Source: Pseudomonas aeruginosa PAO1 (GTDB taxonomy: Bacteria > Pseudomonadota > Gammaproteobacteria > Pseudomonadales > Pseudomonadaceae). From it: a stretch of DNA of 64,000 bases. Under the pieces are notes generated by a model. The model was not told the DNA's origin. It made no database searches and saw only the letters and a list, made by a program, of their open reading frames with translations. This document shows, piece by piece, positions 33,659 through 45,900 of the stretch. The translations under genes were made by a program, and so were the position numbers. Each line of letters starts with the position of its first letter. The stretch's first letter is position 1. The DNA is taken from NCBI RefSeq assembly GCF_000006765.1, contig NC_002516.2; one strand, given 5' to 3'.

Positions 33659-33913
33659 CTACGACTTCAAACCCTTCAAGTGTTTGAATGGACCTTCCTC
33701 TAAGTCAAACCCCATATCCAGGGCTAATTGTACAGCCTCGCGATATTCCTCATCCGTGATAGATACATCATATTCACAAATATGGTCACACAGAACTTCA
33801 AAAGCCAGACTTTCCTCATTGTATCCAACATAGTCTAGTGCTCCTTGAAGCAGCGTAGACTCTAGCCGCCCCTGGAATCTCTCCCCAAATTTGACAATAC
33901 GATCAGCGTACAT
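33659..33913 (-). CDS. cdiI: Cognate CDI immunity protein (84 aa), MafI-like
   Basis: Small acidic ORF starting 7 nt after the cdiA stop; ALDYVGYNEESLAFEVLCDHICEYDV. Confidence 0.8.
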   Translation of the reverse strand: MYADRIVKFGERFQGRLESTLLQGALDYVGYNEESLAFEVLCDHICEYDVSITDEEYREAVQLALDMGFDLEEGPFKHLKGLKS

Positions 33914-33920
33914 AAAAGAC

Positions 33921-36900
33921 CTATTTAATGGGCTTATAAGGTGGGATAGGTGCGTTGTCGGGGAAGGCTGTGATCACCTTTCCTGTAGCGGGCTGATAAA
34001 CAACGCGCATACGAACTCCATCACGAACCTCATAAGCAACCCATTTAGCGGGATCACCCTTGCTTGTATAAACCCCACCAGTTCCTGTTTGGGCATACCA
34101 TTTGGTACTAGGGGACGTCGCAATATCACCAACCTCGTGAACTATCTTATCTGCCGACCAGTTTTGAGGGAAAACTGTCTTCCCTGCCTGCCCCGGCCAC
34201 AAATGGCCACCACTCCCAGGTTTGTCGCCATACAAAATATGCTGTTTAGCTTCGTGGGAAAGAATATCGACATAACCTTTACCTCCCCCACCCAGCCGAC
34301 CCAAATCCCCCACTGCCCCAAGCTGCGAACTCATACTACCGGAAACAGGTGACTCCGCAATCGCGTTGACCAGGTTCTTGGCTGCTGTTGGCAGCTTGGC
34401 GGTTATCTGCGCGCCACCTTTCACTGCCGTCAGAACGCCAACAAGTTCCGCAGCGAACCTACCGCCCTCGACACCAGCTGTGACCGAACCTTGCCAGCCG
34501 GCATCCTCGTATGCCTGGGTCAAGAATGCGGCGCGCTCCTCCAGCCCCTTCAGGTAGTTATCGCCAAATTGCTGCCGGAACTCTGGCGAAGTGGCCAACT
34601 GCTCCAGAGCTGCATAGGTTTCCCTCCAGTTCTTGACCAGCTCATAAACACCCACTGCGGTTTCAGCTGTCGAAAGACCGATGCCTCCTCCAACACCTAC
34701 GACGATACCGACATCCTGCTGGGCCGAAATAATTGCCCATTTGGCTTCTATTCCGGTTTTGCAGAGCTGTTTGTCTTTGCAGCCATCGACCTCCTGCCGC
34801 TTCTTCTCCTCCTGCCAATGACTGAGGTAGTTGTGTTGGGTGGCATTCCCCGCCACCCAGGCCCCCGTCTGCAAGCTCTTGGCGTCCGCATCGCCCTGCG
34901 TCGAAGCCGCCAGCACGCCGATCAACTGCGAACTCATGATCAGCAGGCCCTTCTTGTCATCGATGGGCAGGCTGGCGTATTGCTTGGCGAGGCTATCCAC
35001 CAGCGCCTCGTTGACTCCCGCAGCCAGGGCTCCGGTACGGAAATCGCCACCGACCGCTTCGGCGGCCAGACCTCCCATCAGGGCGTGCAAGCCGATCTTG
35101 CCGAGGCTGCCGTCGTCCAGCACGCCATGGGTGGTGTCGCCAATCAGCTTGAAGCCGTAGGCCGCAAAGGCATTTGCCAGGCTGTTTTGCAACGCATCGC
35201 CCAGGCTGCCCTTGCCGCCCAGCGCCCGGTCCAACAGCACCGAAGTACCATTCTGCAGCAACTGGTTCGAGGTGAACTGGCCCACGCCTTGCCAGGTGCC
35301 CAACCCTGCGGCGGGCGCCACGGCCCCGGTGTTCGGTAGAGCGGTCGAGGTGCCGGTCTGGGTCGAGGTCCATTTGTCGTAGACGCCGGCAGTCAGCCCC
35401 GCAGTCGTGCCAGCGACTACATAGCCCCTCAGCGCATCGCTGGAGGTCACGTCCTTGACGACATCCCCCAGGTTTCCCCGGTTGTTGATGGTGCTGATCG
35501 CTCCATTGCTGGCCATGCCCATAGCCACGGCAGTTCCAGCTGCATTCGCCCAGCCGGCGGCAGCTGTTCCTACTGCTGTACCGGCCTGGACCATTGCAGT
35601 GCTACCGGCAGCAGCCATCATGCTTCCTGAGCCCGCCCCCACTCCCGCCATCGATCCCAATGCCGCACTCGCCGCACCCGCCGTGAAGTAGGCCACAACG
35701 ATCGCTATCGCCAACTGCGCGCCGACGCCCAGCCCGGAGTTGCTGTACTTCCAGCTGTCATGCAGTTCCTGCACGCGCCGCCAATCCACATCGCCGCGCT
35801 GCTCCATCTGCTTCAGCCAGGCCAGTTGCGGATCCGCCTGCACCATCGCGTCGATGGTCTGGCTCACGGTCTTCTGGTCGATGTGCTTGAGGTCGATCTT
35901 CAGCCCTTCCACGGCCTTGATCGCCAGATTCCCCTGGGCCACGATCTGGCTCTGGCGCACGGTTTCGTCGGTCTGGCCCTTGCCCTTCGACGACTGCCAC
36001 GCCAGGTCGCCCTTGCTCTTCTCGTGGCTTTCCTGGTGCAGGTCCTTTACCGCCTCGAAGGTCACCGCGCCGCCGCTGACGATGGCCAGGTCGTTGCCCG
36101 ATTCCAGCTTCGCGCCCTGGTAAGTCTGGTCGCCGCCACTGAGCAGGGTGAGGTCGCCGCCGCTGGATATTTGGCTGCCCACTGCCGTCACATCGGTGAT
36201 TTCGTCGCGCCGGGTCTTCTTGCTACCGAAGCTGCCTTTGCTCTTCTTGTCGTAGAGGTAGTAACTGCTGTCGTTCGCGGCCAGCAGCTCCAGCTTGTCG
36301 CCGGCCACCAGGTAGGCTTCGTCGCCGGCGCTGGCCTGGCTCGCGACCAGCCGCAGGTCCTGTCCGGCATTGATCGCCAGGTCGCCGCCAGCGTCCACGC
36401 GAGTGGCCTGCTGGGTGATCTTGTCGTCCTGGAAAGTGACCTTCTTGGTCTTGCCATAGGCATGCTCTTCGTTGGCAGCCGCGACCAGGCCCACATCGCG
36501 ACCCGCCTCGAATGTCACGTCGCGACGAGCGTCGATGCGGCTGCCCACGACGCTGATATCGCGTCCGGCGCTGACGCTGATATCGCGCCCCGCCACGACC
36601 TCGGCGCCCATCTGGGTCGTCTGGGTCTGGTATGCCTGGCTTCCTGCCGTCCAGCCCCGCTCCGCTACCGCAGCCGAAACCAGGACATCCCTGCCGCCTT
36701 GCAAGGCGAGGTCGCCCTTGCTGTCGATGACACCGCCAATATTGGCTACATCGCGTCCTGCCGAAACGGTCAGCTTCTGCGCAGCCTCGATACGCGCGGC
36801 GCTATCGGCAAATGCCTCAGTGGTACCGGTTCCCCTGTAGGAGGACTGGTGCTGGGTCACCGTCCGTTCATTGATGACGTCTCCGGTAAGGGCAGAGAGG

Positions 36901-39900
36901 CTTACCTCGCGCCCGGCAATGATGCCGCCCTGGTCATTGCGGATGGAGCCGCTGGCCAGCAGGTCGAGGCGGTTGCCGGCCTCGATCAGGCCGCTGTTGT
37001 CGATGTTGCCGGCTGTCGCGCTGAGGTCGTTCTGCGCGCGCAGGGTACCGGCGTTCCTCAGGTCCCCGCCGGTGATCAGGTTCACGTCGCGCCCCTGGAT
37101 CAGCGCGCCGTTCGGGCCCAACCGCCCCTCGGCCTGGGCCAGGTAGACCACGGGGGCGAGGACCTTTTCGCCATTCACCTCGACTTCTTCCAGCCAAACG
37201 ATATCGTGGGTCAGCGCCGCCACCTGGGCGGCGCTGAGGGTGACGCCAGGGGTCAGTCCCAATACGTCCTTGCTGGCGATGGCGTTGTCCATCAGATAGC
37301 GGAACATCGCTTCGTCGCTGTTCAATCCGGCGATGAAGCGCTGCCCCGTACGCTGGACGATCGCTTCGCGTACCAGGCGCTGCTCGTATAGACCGTCACC
37401 CAGGCGCTTCTTGCTATCGTCCGGATTGATACCCAGACCACCGAGCAGGTAGTCCGAGTTGAGGAACTGCTTCAGCTCGGTGAGCGCCGGGTTGGTCTCG
37501 ATCAGATACTTGTGGCTGTTGCTCGGTGTGGCATTGCTGGGCACGCCCTCAACGCGCGCAACCGACGGCAGGGTTTGCAACGCCGGCTGCCCAACCGGAG
37601 GCTCGGCAAGAAGGGCGCTCCGCTCTTCGAGGCGAGGCAGGCTGCCCTGAGCCCTAACGGCCGAAGGCAGTGCCTGCACCGACGACTGTTCAGCCGGCAG
37701 ATCGGCAAGGATGCTGCCATTGCCACCTGGACTGGAGACTACCCCCTCTACACGCACTGTCGAAGGCGAGGCCTGGACCGTCGCCTGCGCACCCTGCCAA
37801 TTGGCGAGAATAGTTCCATTCCCATCGTGACCGGGCACTGTGCCTTGAACATGATCAGACGCGGGAAGGCTTGAGAACGAGGGTAGACCACCGCGCAGAT
37901 CGGCGAGGATGACGCCATTGCCGCTGTGACCCGATGCATTGCCCTCGACGAGTCCACCCAGTCCCGTGGTCGCCTGGTGCTCACCGGCCTGGAAACGGCC
38001 AGTGTTTCCCCCGTCGCCCGAGATTGGCGCGGAAGCCCGTAGCGCATCGATAGCCTCAGCTACCCGGCCTTGATAGGCGGAACCGGCAAGCGAGGTGACC
38101 CGATCATCGCCGACACGACGCGCCTGGGTACTCCAGCCACTTGCGCCACTGCCTGTCTGTGCGGATACAGATACGCCATGGCCGCTCTGGGTGAGATCGC
38201 TGGCGGATTTCAGAGCACCACTTGCCTGGTTCACCTGGGCTCCTTGGGACGCCAGGCGGAAGAGCCCATTCTGGCCTTGAGGCAGGCTGAAGCCCGGCAG
38301 GGTGAGAGGATTGATCTGTTGCCTTGCCAAATCCGCTGGCAGTTGACTCTTCAGAGTCACTACGGCGCTCGTCGTGCTTGAAACAGCTATGTCCTGATGA
38401 GGTAACTGGGTTTCCTGAACGGCCTGAAATCCCTGTAGGACAGAATTATTGAAACTCTCCGCAGCATTCACCGTTACACGACCGCCAGCTTGCACGACAG
38501 CACCAACCGTTGAGTTCGCCCCTTTGTTAATCGTCAACTCATCGAGAGGAGCCAATCCCTTAAGTAGATCTGGAATAGCATCCGTTTTTTTCGATGAATA
38601 ATTCGGCGCCGGTATTCGTCCAATAGCCTTATTCCAGCGATCTGTGTCCGGATACTCAACATCTAAGGTACCGAAGTACAGGTGCCAACCCGGCCCACCA
38701 TTTTTCCCGTTTCCATGAATGACCTCCAGCGGAGAGACTTTTTCATTAAAATTCTTGTCGAAATAATGAATATTCGGAAGTCTCCCCCCTGTGCTCGCAT
38801 ATCCCTCCCCATAACTGGGATCGTTGACAGCGTTATACGCCAATATGCGCATAAGCAATTCTTCGCCAAATTTACTCGGCGGCGAATAAACGCCCCTGAC
38901 CGCATATTCCCCTAACGCATAACCTTTGTTTTCGAAATTACTCAGAGATAGCGTGGCGTCTCTTACAGCACTTATATTAGAAGCAATATTCTGCAGGCTT
39001 GCACCTACAACAAGCAGATCTCGACCAGCCGTAATTGAAGCAGCGGCAGAAGAATCTCCCAATGTAGACTTATATTCCCTGATCCAGACAAGCTCGCTCG
39101 AAGACCTAGTTTTTCCCCACCTCTCAGAAAGCTGACACCCCGTACAGCGGACGCCAATAGCGCTATTCTGCAAGTCACCTTCAATCTCTAGAGTTTCCCT
39201 TCTATTGAGAAGTGAACTCACGGAGAAACGCATATCACCTGTGCTCTCTAAATTCCCGGAAATGTTCTCCAAGCGATTTGCCCAGCCCCCCGCATCGTCG
39301 CGGGCGATATCCAGCCTGCCGAGGCTGTACACATCCCCGTAGAGGTTGGTGATGTCGCCGGCGCGCAGGGTCATGTCGGCGCCACTGAACAGCAACCCGC
39401 GCTCGTTGAGCAGGGCGGGCGCGTTCAATCGCAGGTTGCCGCCGCCGCCCAGGGTGCCGTAGTTGTTCAGGCTCGCGGCGCTGGCCACGAGGTCGCCGGC
39501 AGCGGTGATCCGCCCACGGTTGACCAGCAGGTTGCCGGCGCCAAGCGTGACATTGGCGCCGCCGGCGAGGCTGGCGGCATTGCCGAGGTCGAGGCTGGCG
39601 GCGTTCAGGGCGAAGTCGCCGAGGCTGGTGGCGCGGCCGTTGCCACGGTAGCCGCCGCTCAGCTCGAGTCGCAAGCTGCCGTTGCTGGCCAGCAGGCCGT
39701 CGTTGCTCCAGTCGCCGCCGCGGCCAGTGAAGGACTGCACCGCCAGCAGCTTGCCCTCGGCCGTCTGGCGGAAGGTGCCGATGTCCAGGTTCAGGCGTCC
39801 GGCTTGCAGCACGCTGCTGTTGGTCCATTCGCTGGCACGGATGTCCAGCAGGCCATTGGTGGTCAGTTCGCCGCCGGCGCGGATCACCTGCCCGGAATCC

Positions 39901-42900
39901 AGGCCGAAGGTGCCGTTGCCAGTGTGGAGGATGCGCCCGCCGGCGTTGGCCAGGCTGCCCAGTTGCAGGTCGAGGTCCTGGTTGGCGCTTTCCAGCACGC
40001 CGTAGGCGTTGTTCAGGTCGCCAGCGACCAGCCGCGTGCTGCCGCTGCGGCCGAGGGCGCGCAGGCTGCCGCCGCTGTTGTCGATCGCGGCGGCGCGCAG
40101 GTGCAGCTCGCTCTCGCTTTCCAACTGGCCGAAGCGGTTGGCCAGCGCGCCGGCCAGGCTGAAGTCGATGCGCCCGGCGCCGACCTTGCCGCCCTGGCCC
40201 GCCGCCGCGCCCTGGTTGAGGAAGCGCTGGCCGTCGAGGCTGAGCAGGCCGCTGGCGTAGAGGCCGCCGCCCTGGTTGTCGAAGTCGGCGGTGACGATGC
40301 GGTTGTCGCCGCCCAGCGCCGAGAGATGGCCCTGCTGGTTGCGCACGCCTTGCCCGGCGCGAATCTCCAGCGACTGCGCCTGGGTGACGCCGGCGCTGTT
40401 GTCGAACAGCCCGGTGACCAGCTTCAGCCAACCCTTGGCGCTGTTGAGCACGCCGCCGGCGCCGTTGTCGAGGCTGCCGCTCTGCAGGTCGAGGTTGCCG
40501 GCCCGGCTGTCCAGGCGGCCGGCCTGGTTGTCCAGCGCGCCACCGATACGCAGCCGGTTGTCGCCCTGGGCCTGGAGCGTGCCCTGGCGGTTGTCCAGGC
40601 TGCCGGCCTGCACCTCGAGGGCGCCGGCCTGGCTGAAGATCAGGCCGTCCTGCTGGTTGCGCAGGGCGCCGCCGCCCAGGCGCAGGCTCATGTCGGCCTG
40701 GCTGGCGAGGGTGCCGGAGGCGCTGTTGTCGAGGCTGCCGGCGCTGATCTCCAGCAGCCCCTGGCTGACCAGCTTGCCGCCGCGGTTGTCGACGCTGGCG
40801 CTGCGCAGCAGCAGGTCGCCGCCGCTGGCCAGGCGCGCCGCGCCGGCGTTGACCAGGGCGCCGCCGAGGATGGCGTCGAGCCGGCCCTGGCTGATCAACT
40901 GGCCGTCGCTGTTATCCAGGCTGGCGCCCTTGAGCAGCAGGCTGCCGCCGTTGATCCGGCCGCCGGCGTTGTTCAGCAGCGTATCGTCGCGCTCGAAGCT
41001 CAGCGCGCGCTGCGCCGAGACCAGGCCGCCCTGGCCGTTGTCCAGCTTCCCGGCGATGCTCAGGGTCACGTCGCTTTCGCCGGAGACGATGCCCTGGGCG
41101 TTATCCAGGCTGGCGGCGTCGATCCGTTGCGCGCCCTTGCTGACCAGCGCGCCCTGGCCGTGGTTGTCCAGCGCGCCGCCGAGGCTGATGGCCAGCTCGC
41201 CGTCCTTGCTCGAAAGGGTGCCGCCGGCGCTGTTGTCCAGGCTCCCGCCTGTCACCGTCAGGCCCTGCCATCCGGAGAGCAGGCCGGCGCCGGCGTTGCC
41301 CAGCGCGTCGGCGTCCAGGCGCAGTTTCCCGGCGCTGATGATGCGCCCCTGCTGGCCGTTGTCGATGCGCCTGGCCAGCAGCTCGAAGCCCTGCTGGCTG
41401 TAAATCTCGCCGCCCTGGCGGTTGTCGAGGACGTTCAGCCGCTCGATGCTCAGCGGGCCGCGGGCACTGATCAGGCCGCCCTGGTTGTCCAGGTCGCCGC
41501 CCCGCAGGTCGAGACTGACGCCGCGCTCGCCAATCAGCCGGCCCTGGCGTTGCACCAGGCGCTCGACCGTCAGGCGCAGGTCGCCCCGGGCGGAGATTTC
41601 GCCGCCGTCGGCGGAATCGACGCGCCCTGCCGTCAGTTCCAGTTCGCCGTCGCTGGTGAGCAGGCCGCCACGGTTGTCCAGGTTGGCGGCGCTCAGGCGC
41701 AGCGACTGCTTGCCACTGAGGGCGCCGCCACGGTTGTCGAGGTCGGCGCTGCTGACGTCCAGGACGCCCTGGCTGATCAACTGGCCACCCTCGGCGTTGT
41801 CCAGCGCGCCAGTGGCGACGCTCAGGCCGGCGTTGCCGGAGAGCAGGCCCTTGCCGCTGTTGTCCAGCGAGGCGCTGGCGAGCGTCAGGCGGGCGCCGGA
41901 GACGGTGCCTTCGGCGTGGTTGTCCAGCGCGCCGTCGACGCGCAGGTCGATGCCGGCGCGACTGGCCAGGGTGCCCTTGGCGCTGTTGTCCAGGCGAGCG
42001 GCCGCGATGTCCAGGCCGGCGGCGCCGGAGATCACCCCGGCCAGGCTGTTGTCCAGGGCCTGGGCGATGCGCAGGGTCAGGCTGTCGGCGCCGATCAGGC
42101 GCCCGCCGCGGTTGTCCAGGCTGGCGGCGGCGAGGGTGAAGGCGCGGTCGCTGGAGATTTCCCCGCCGGCGCCGTTGTCCACCGCGCCGAGCTGGCGCAG
42201 CAGCAGCGCGCCGGGCGTGGCGATCAAGCCGCCGTCGCGGTTGACCAGCGTGCCGCCATTGAGGTCGAGGGTGACGCCGGTTTCGCTGACCAGAACGCCG
42301 CCTCCGCGCTGGTCGAGGCCTTTCAGGTTGGCGTCGAGCAGGCCCTTGGCGCTGACCCGGCCCTGCTGGCCGTTGTCCAGCCGGGCGGCCACCAGGGTGA
42401 TGCCGGCGTTGCTGCCGATGCCGCCGTTGCGGCTGTTGTCCAGTACGCCGGTGCGGATATCCACCGCTCCCTTGGCGCTGATCACGCCGGAACGGCTGTT
42501 GTCGAGGCTGGCGCCCTTCAGCGTCACACCGGCATCGCTGAGCAGCCTGCCGCCCTGGTTGTCCAGCACGGCCTGGCTGGTCAGCGCCAGCGCACCGGCG
42601 CTGGAGAAGGTCCCGCCACGGTTGTCCAGGCGCGCGGCGCGCGCCGTCAGGCTGCCTTCGCTGACCAGCGCGCCGCCCTGGTTGTCCAGCACGCCGCCGA
42701 GGCTCACGCTCAGGCTGTTCTGGCTGTCGAGCCGACCGCCGTCGCCGTTGAACAGTTCGCCGCCGTCCAGGCTCAGGCCGTCGCGCCCGGCCAGCACCCC
42801 CTTGGCCTGGTTCAGCAGGCGCTGCACGGTGAGGCGCAGGCCGCTGTCGCCGATGACCTTGCCGCCGCGGTTGTCCAGTTGCTCGCGGGCGTTCACGGCG

Positions 42901-45900
42901 ACCTTCGAGGTGCTGGAAATCTCGCCGGCGCGGTTGTCGACCTGCCGCGCCTCGATAGCGATGCCGCCATTCGCGGCGATCAGCCCGGACTGGCTGTTGT
43001 CGAGCGTGTCGGCGCGAAGGTCCAGGCTCCCCTGGCTGACCAGTTCGCCGCCTTGCTGGAGCAGCGTACCGACCGCCGCCTCCAGCACGCCTCTGGCGGC
43101 GATACGGCCTTGGTTGCCGTTGCTCACCTGGTCGGCTACAAGCTCCAGGCGGCCTTCACTCACCAGGCTGCCTTGTTCGGCGTTGTCCAGGCTGGTCACG
43201 CTGATACGGGCATCACCCTTGCTGCCGATGGTTCCCGCACGGTTGTCCAAGACCTGAGACTCGATGGCCAGTCCGTCGGTCGCCAGGACCTGCCCCTTGA
43301 GACTGTTGTCCAGTGTCTTGGCGATGCGCAGGGTCAAAGCTTCGCTGCTGATCAGCCGCCCGCCCTGATTGTTCAGTGTGTTGGCGGCGAGGGTAAAAGC
43401 ACGGTCGCTGGATATCTCTCCGCCGACGCTGTTGTCCACCATGCCGAGTTGGCGCAGCAGGAGCGCGCCAGGCGTTGAAACCAGACCGAGGTCGTGGTTG
43501 TCCAGGGTGCCACCGTTGAGGTCGAGGGTGACACCGCGCTCGCCGACCAGCGAGCCTCCCCCCTGCTGAAGCAACCCTTTCAGGTTGGCGTCGAGCGTAC
43601 CCTTGGTGCTGATCCGTCCTTCCCGGCCGTTGTCGACCAACCCGGCGACCAGGGTGACGCCCGTATTGCCGCCAATGGATCCCTTCTGACTGTTGTTCAG
43701 GGCTCCGGTACGAATGGCCACAGCCCCTTTCGCACTGACCAGGCCCGCACGGCTGTTGTCGAAGCCAGTGCTGTTCAGGGTGGCTCCAGCATCGGTCACC
43801 AACCTGCCACCCTGGTTGTTCAACTCGCCCCGGCTGGTAACGAGCAGGCTACCCGCACTGGAGAAAGTCCCCGCCTGGTTATTGACCTGGTCGGCCTTCA
43901 CTGTCAGCGACTCTTCGCTGACCAGTGCACCGCTCCCCTGGTTGTCCAATGCACCACTGAGCGTTACATCCACCAGGCGTTGGCTGCTGAGCAGGCCGCC
44001 ATCGCCATTGAGCAGTTCCGCGCCGTCCAGGTGCAATCCATCGCGACTGGCGAGCACACCCTTGGCCTGGTTCAGCAGGCGCTGCACGGTTAGGCTCAGC
44101 TCACTGTCGCCGATCACCTTGCCCCCCCGGTTGTCCAGTTGTTCCCGGACAGCCAGAGCCACCTTGGCCACGCTGGATATTTCCCCACCGCGGTTATCGA
44201 TCTGGCGTGCCTCGGCGGTGACCCCGCCATCGGCGCTCACCAGGCCGCCATTGCGGTTATCCAGGCTATCGGCGTCGAGAGTCAGCGTCCCCTGACTGGC
44301 CAGTTCTCCACCCTGCTGCTCCAGGGTGCCAACCGTGACCTGCAGATCGCCCTTCGCGGCAATGCGCCCCTTGGCGCTGCTCACCTGCTTGGCGGTCAGA
44401 TCCAGGGCGCCTTCGCTGACCACGCGGCCTGCCTCGTTCTCCAGGCGGTTCACCCCGATGTGTGTATCGCCCTTGCTAGCAACGATGCCGCTATGGTTGT
44501 CGAAGACGAGTGCAGCGACATCCAGCCCTCCGCTTGCGGAAAGAACGCCTTGGAGGCTGTTGTCCAGTGCCTGGGCGATGCGCAGGGTCAGGGAGTCGCC
44601 GCTGATCACGCGGCCACCCCGGTTGCTCAGCGCGGTCGCGGCGAGGGTAAAGCTTCGATCGCTGGAGATCTCGCCACCGCCACTGTTGTCCACGACACCC
44701 AGTTGCCGCAGCAGCAAGGCTCCAGGCGTGGCGATCAGGCCCTGAGCACGGTTGACCAGTTCTCCCCCGCGCAGATCGAGCGCGATGGCCGTATCGCTGA
44801 CCAGCCTGCCGCTGCCCTGCTGATCCAGCCCCTTCAGGTTGGCATCGATCGCACCCTTGGCAGTGATCCGGCCGTTCTGGCTGTTGTCCACCAGGTCCGC
44901 GACCAGCGCGAGCCCGGCACCGCTGCCTATGCCGCCCTTCTGGCTATTGTTGAGGCTGCCAGTACGGATCTCCGCGGCCCCCTTGGCGCTGACGATGCCG
45001 CCCTGGCTATTGTCGAGGCTGGCGCTGCGCAGGACGGCACCGGCGTCGGTGACCACCCTGCCCCCCTGGTTGTTCAACGCACCCTGGCTGGAAAGCGACA
45101 AGGTCCCGGCGCTGGAGACTGCACCGCCCTGGTTGTCCAGCCGACCGCTCTTCACGCTCAGGCGTCCCTGGCTGCTCAAGCTGCCTGCCTGATTGCCCAA
45201 TACGCCGTCCAGAATGACGTCGATGCTTTGCTGGCTGCTGAGCAGGCCGCCGTTGCCATTGAACAGTTCGGCGCCATTCAGGCGCAGCCCATCACGACTG
45301 GCGAGTACCCCGCCGTCCTGGTTGAGTACCCGTGGCGCGGCGAGGCGAAGTCCGCTATCGCCGATGGCCTTGCCGCCTCGGTTGTCCAACTGCTCGGCGA
45401 CGTCCAGTGTCACCTGGCCCGGGCTGGCGATTTCGCCCGCACGGTTGTCGATCCTCCGGGCGGAAACGGTCAGGTTGCCATCAGCACTGACCAGACCGCC
45501 GCTGCGGTTGTCGAGGCTATCGGCCTCGAGCATCAGCGCACCCTCGCTGCTCAATTCGCCACCCGCCTGGTTAAAGGCTGTCACGCTGGCGTGCAGGTCA
45601 CCCCTGGCCGCGATCCGTCCCCTGACACTGTTCGCTCGCTCGGCAGTCAGTTTCAGACGACCTTCGCTAAGCAGGTCGCCGTCATCGTTTTCCAAACGGG
45701 ACACGTCGATATCGACGGCGCCCTTGCTGCCGATGGAGCCACTGCGGTTGTCCAGGGCAAGCGCCCGGATATCCAGGCCTCCGGTGCCGGAGAGAACACC
45801 TTCGAGGCTGTTGTCCAGAGCCTGGGCGATGCGCAACGTCAGTACACCGCCGCTGCGCAGGCGGCCACCCTGGTTGGTCAGCGCGGAGGTGGTGAGTGTG

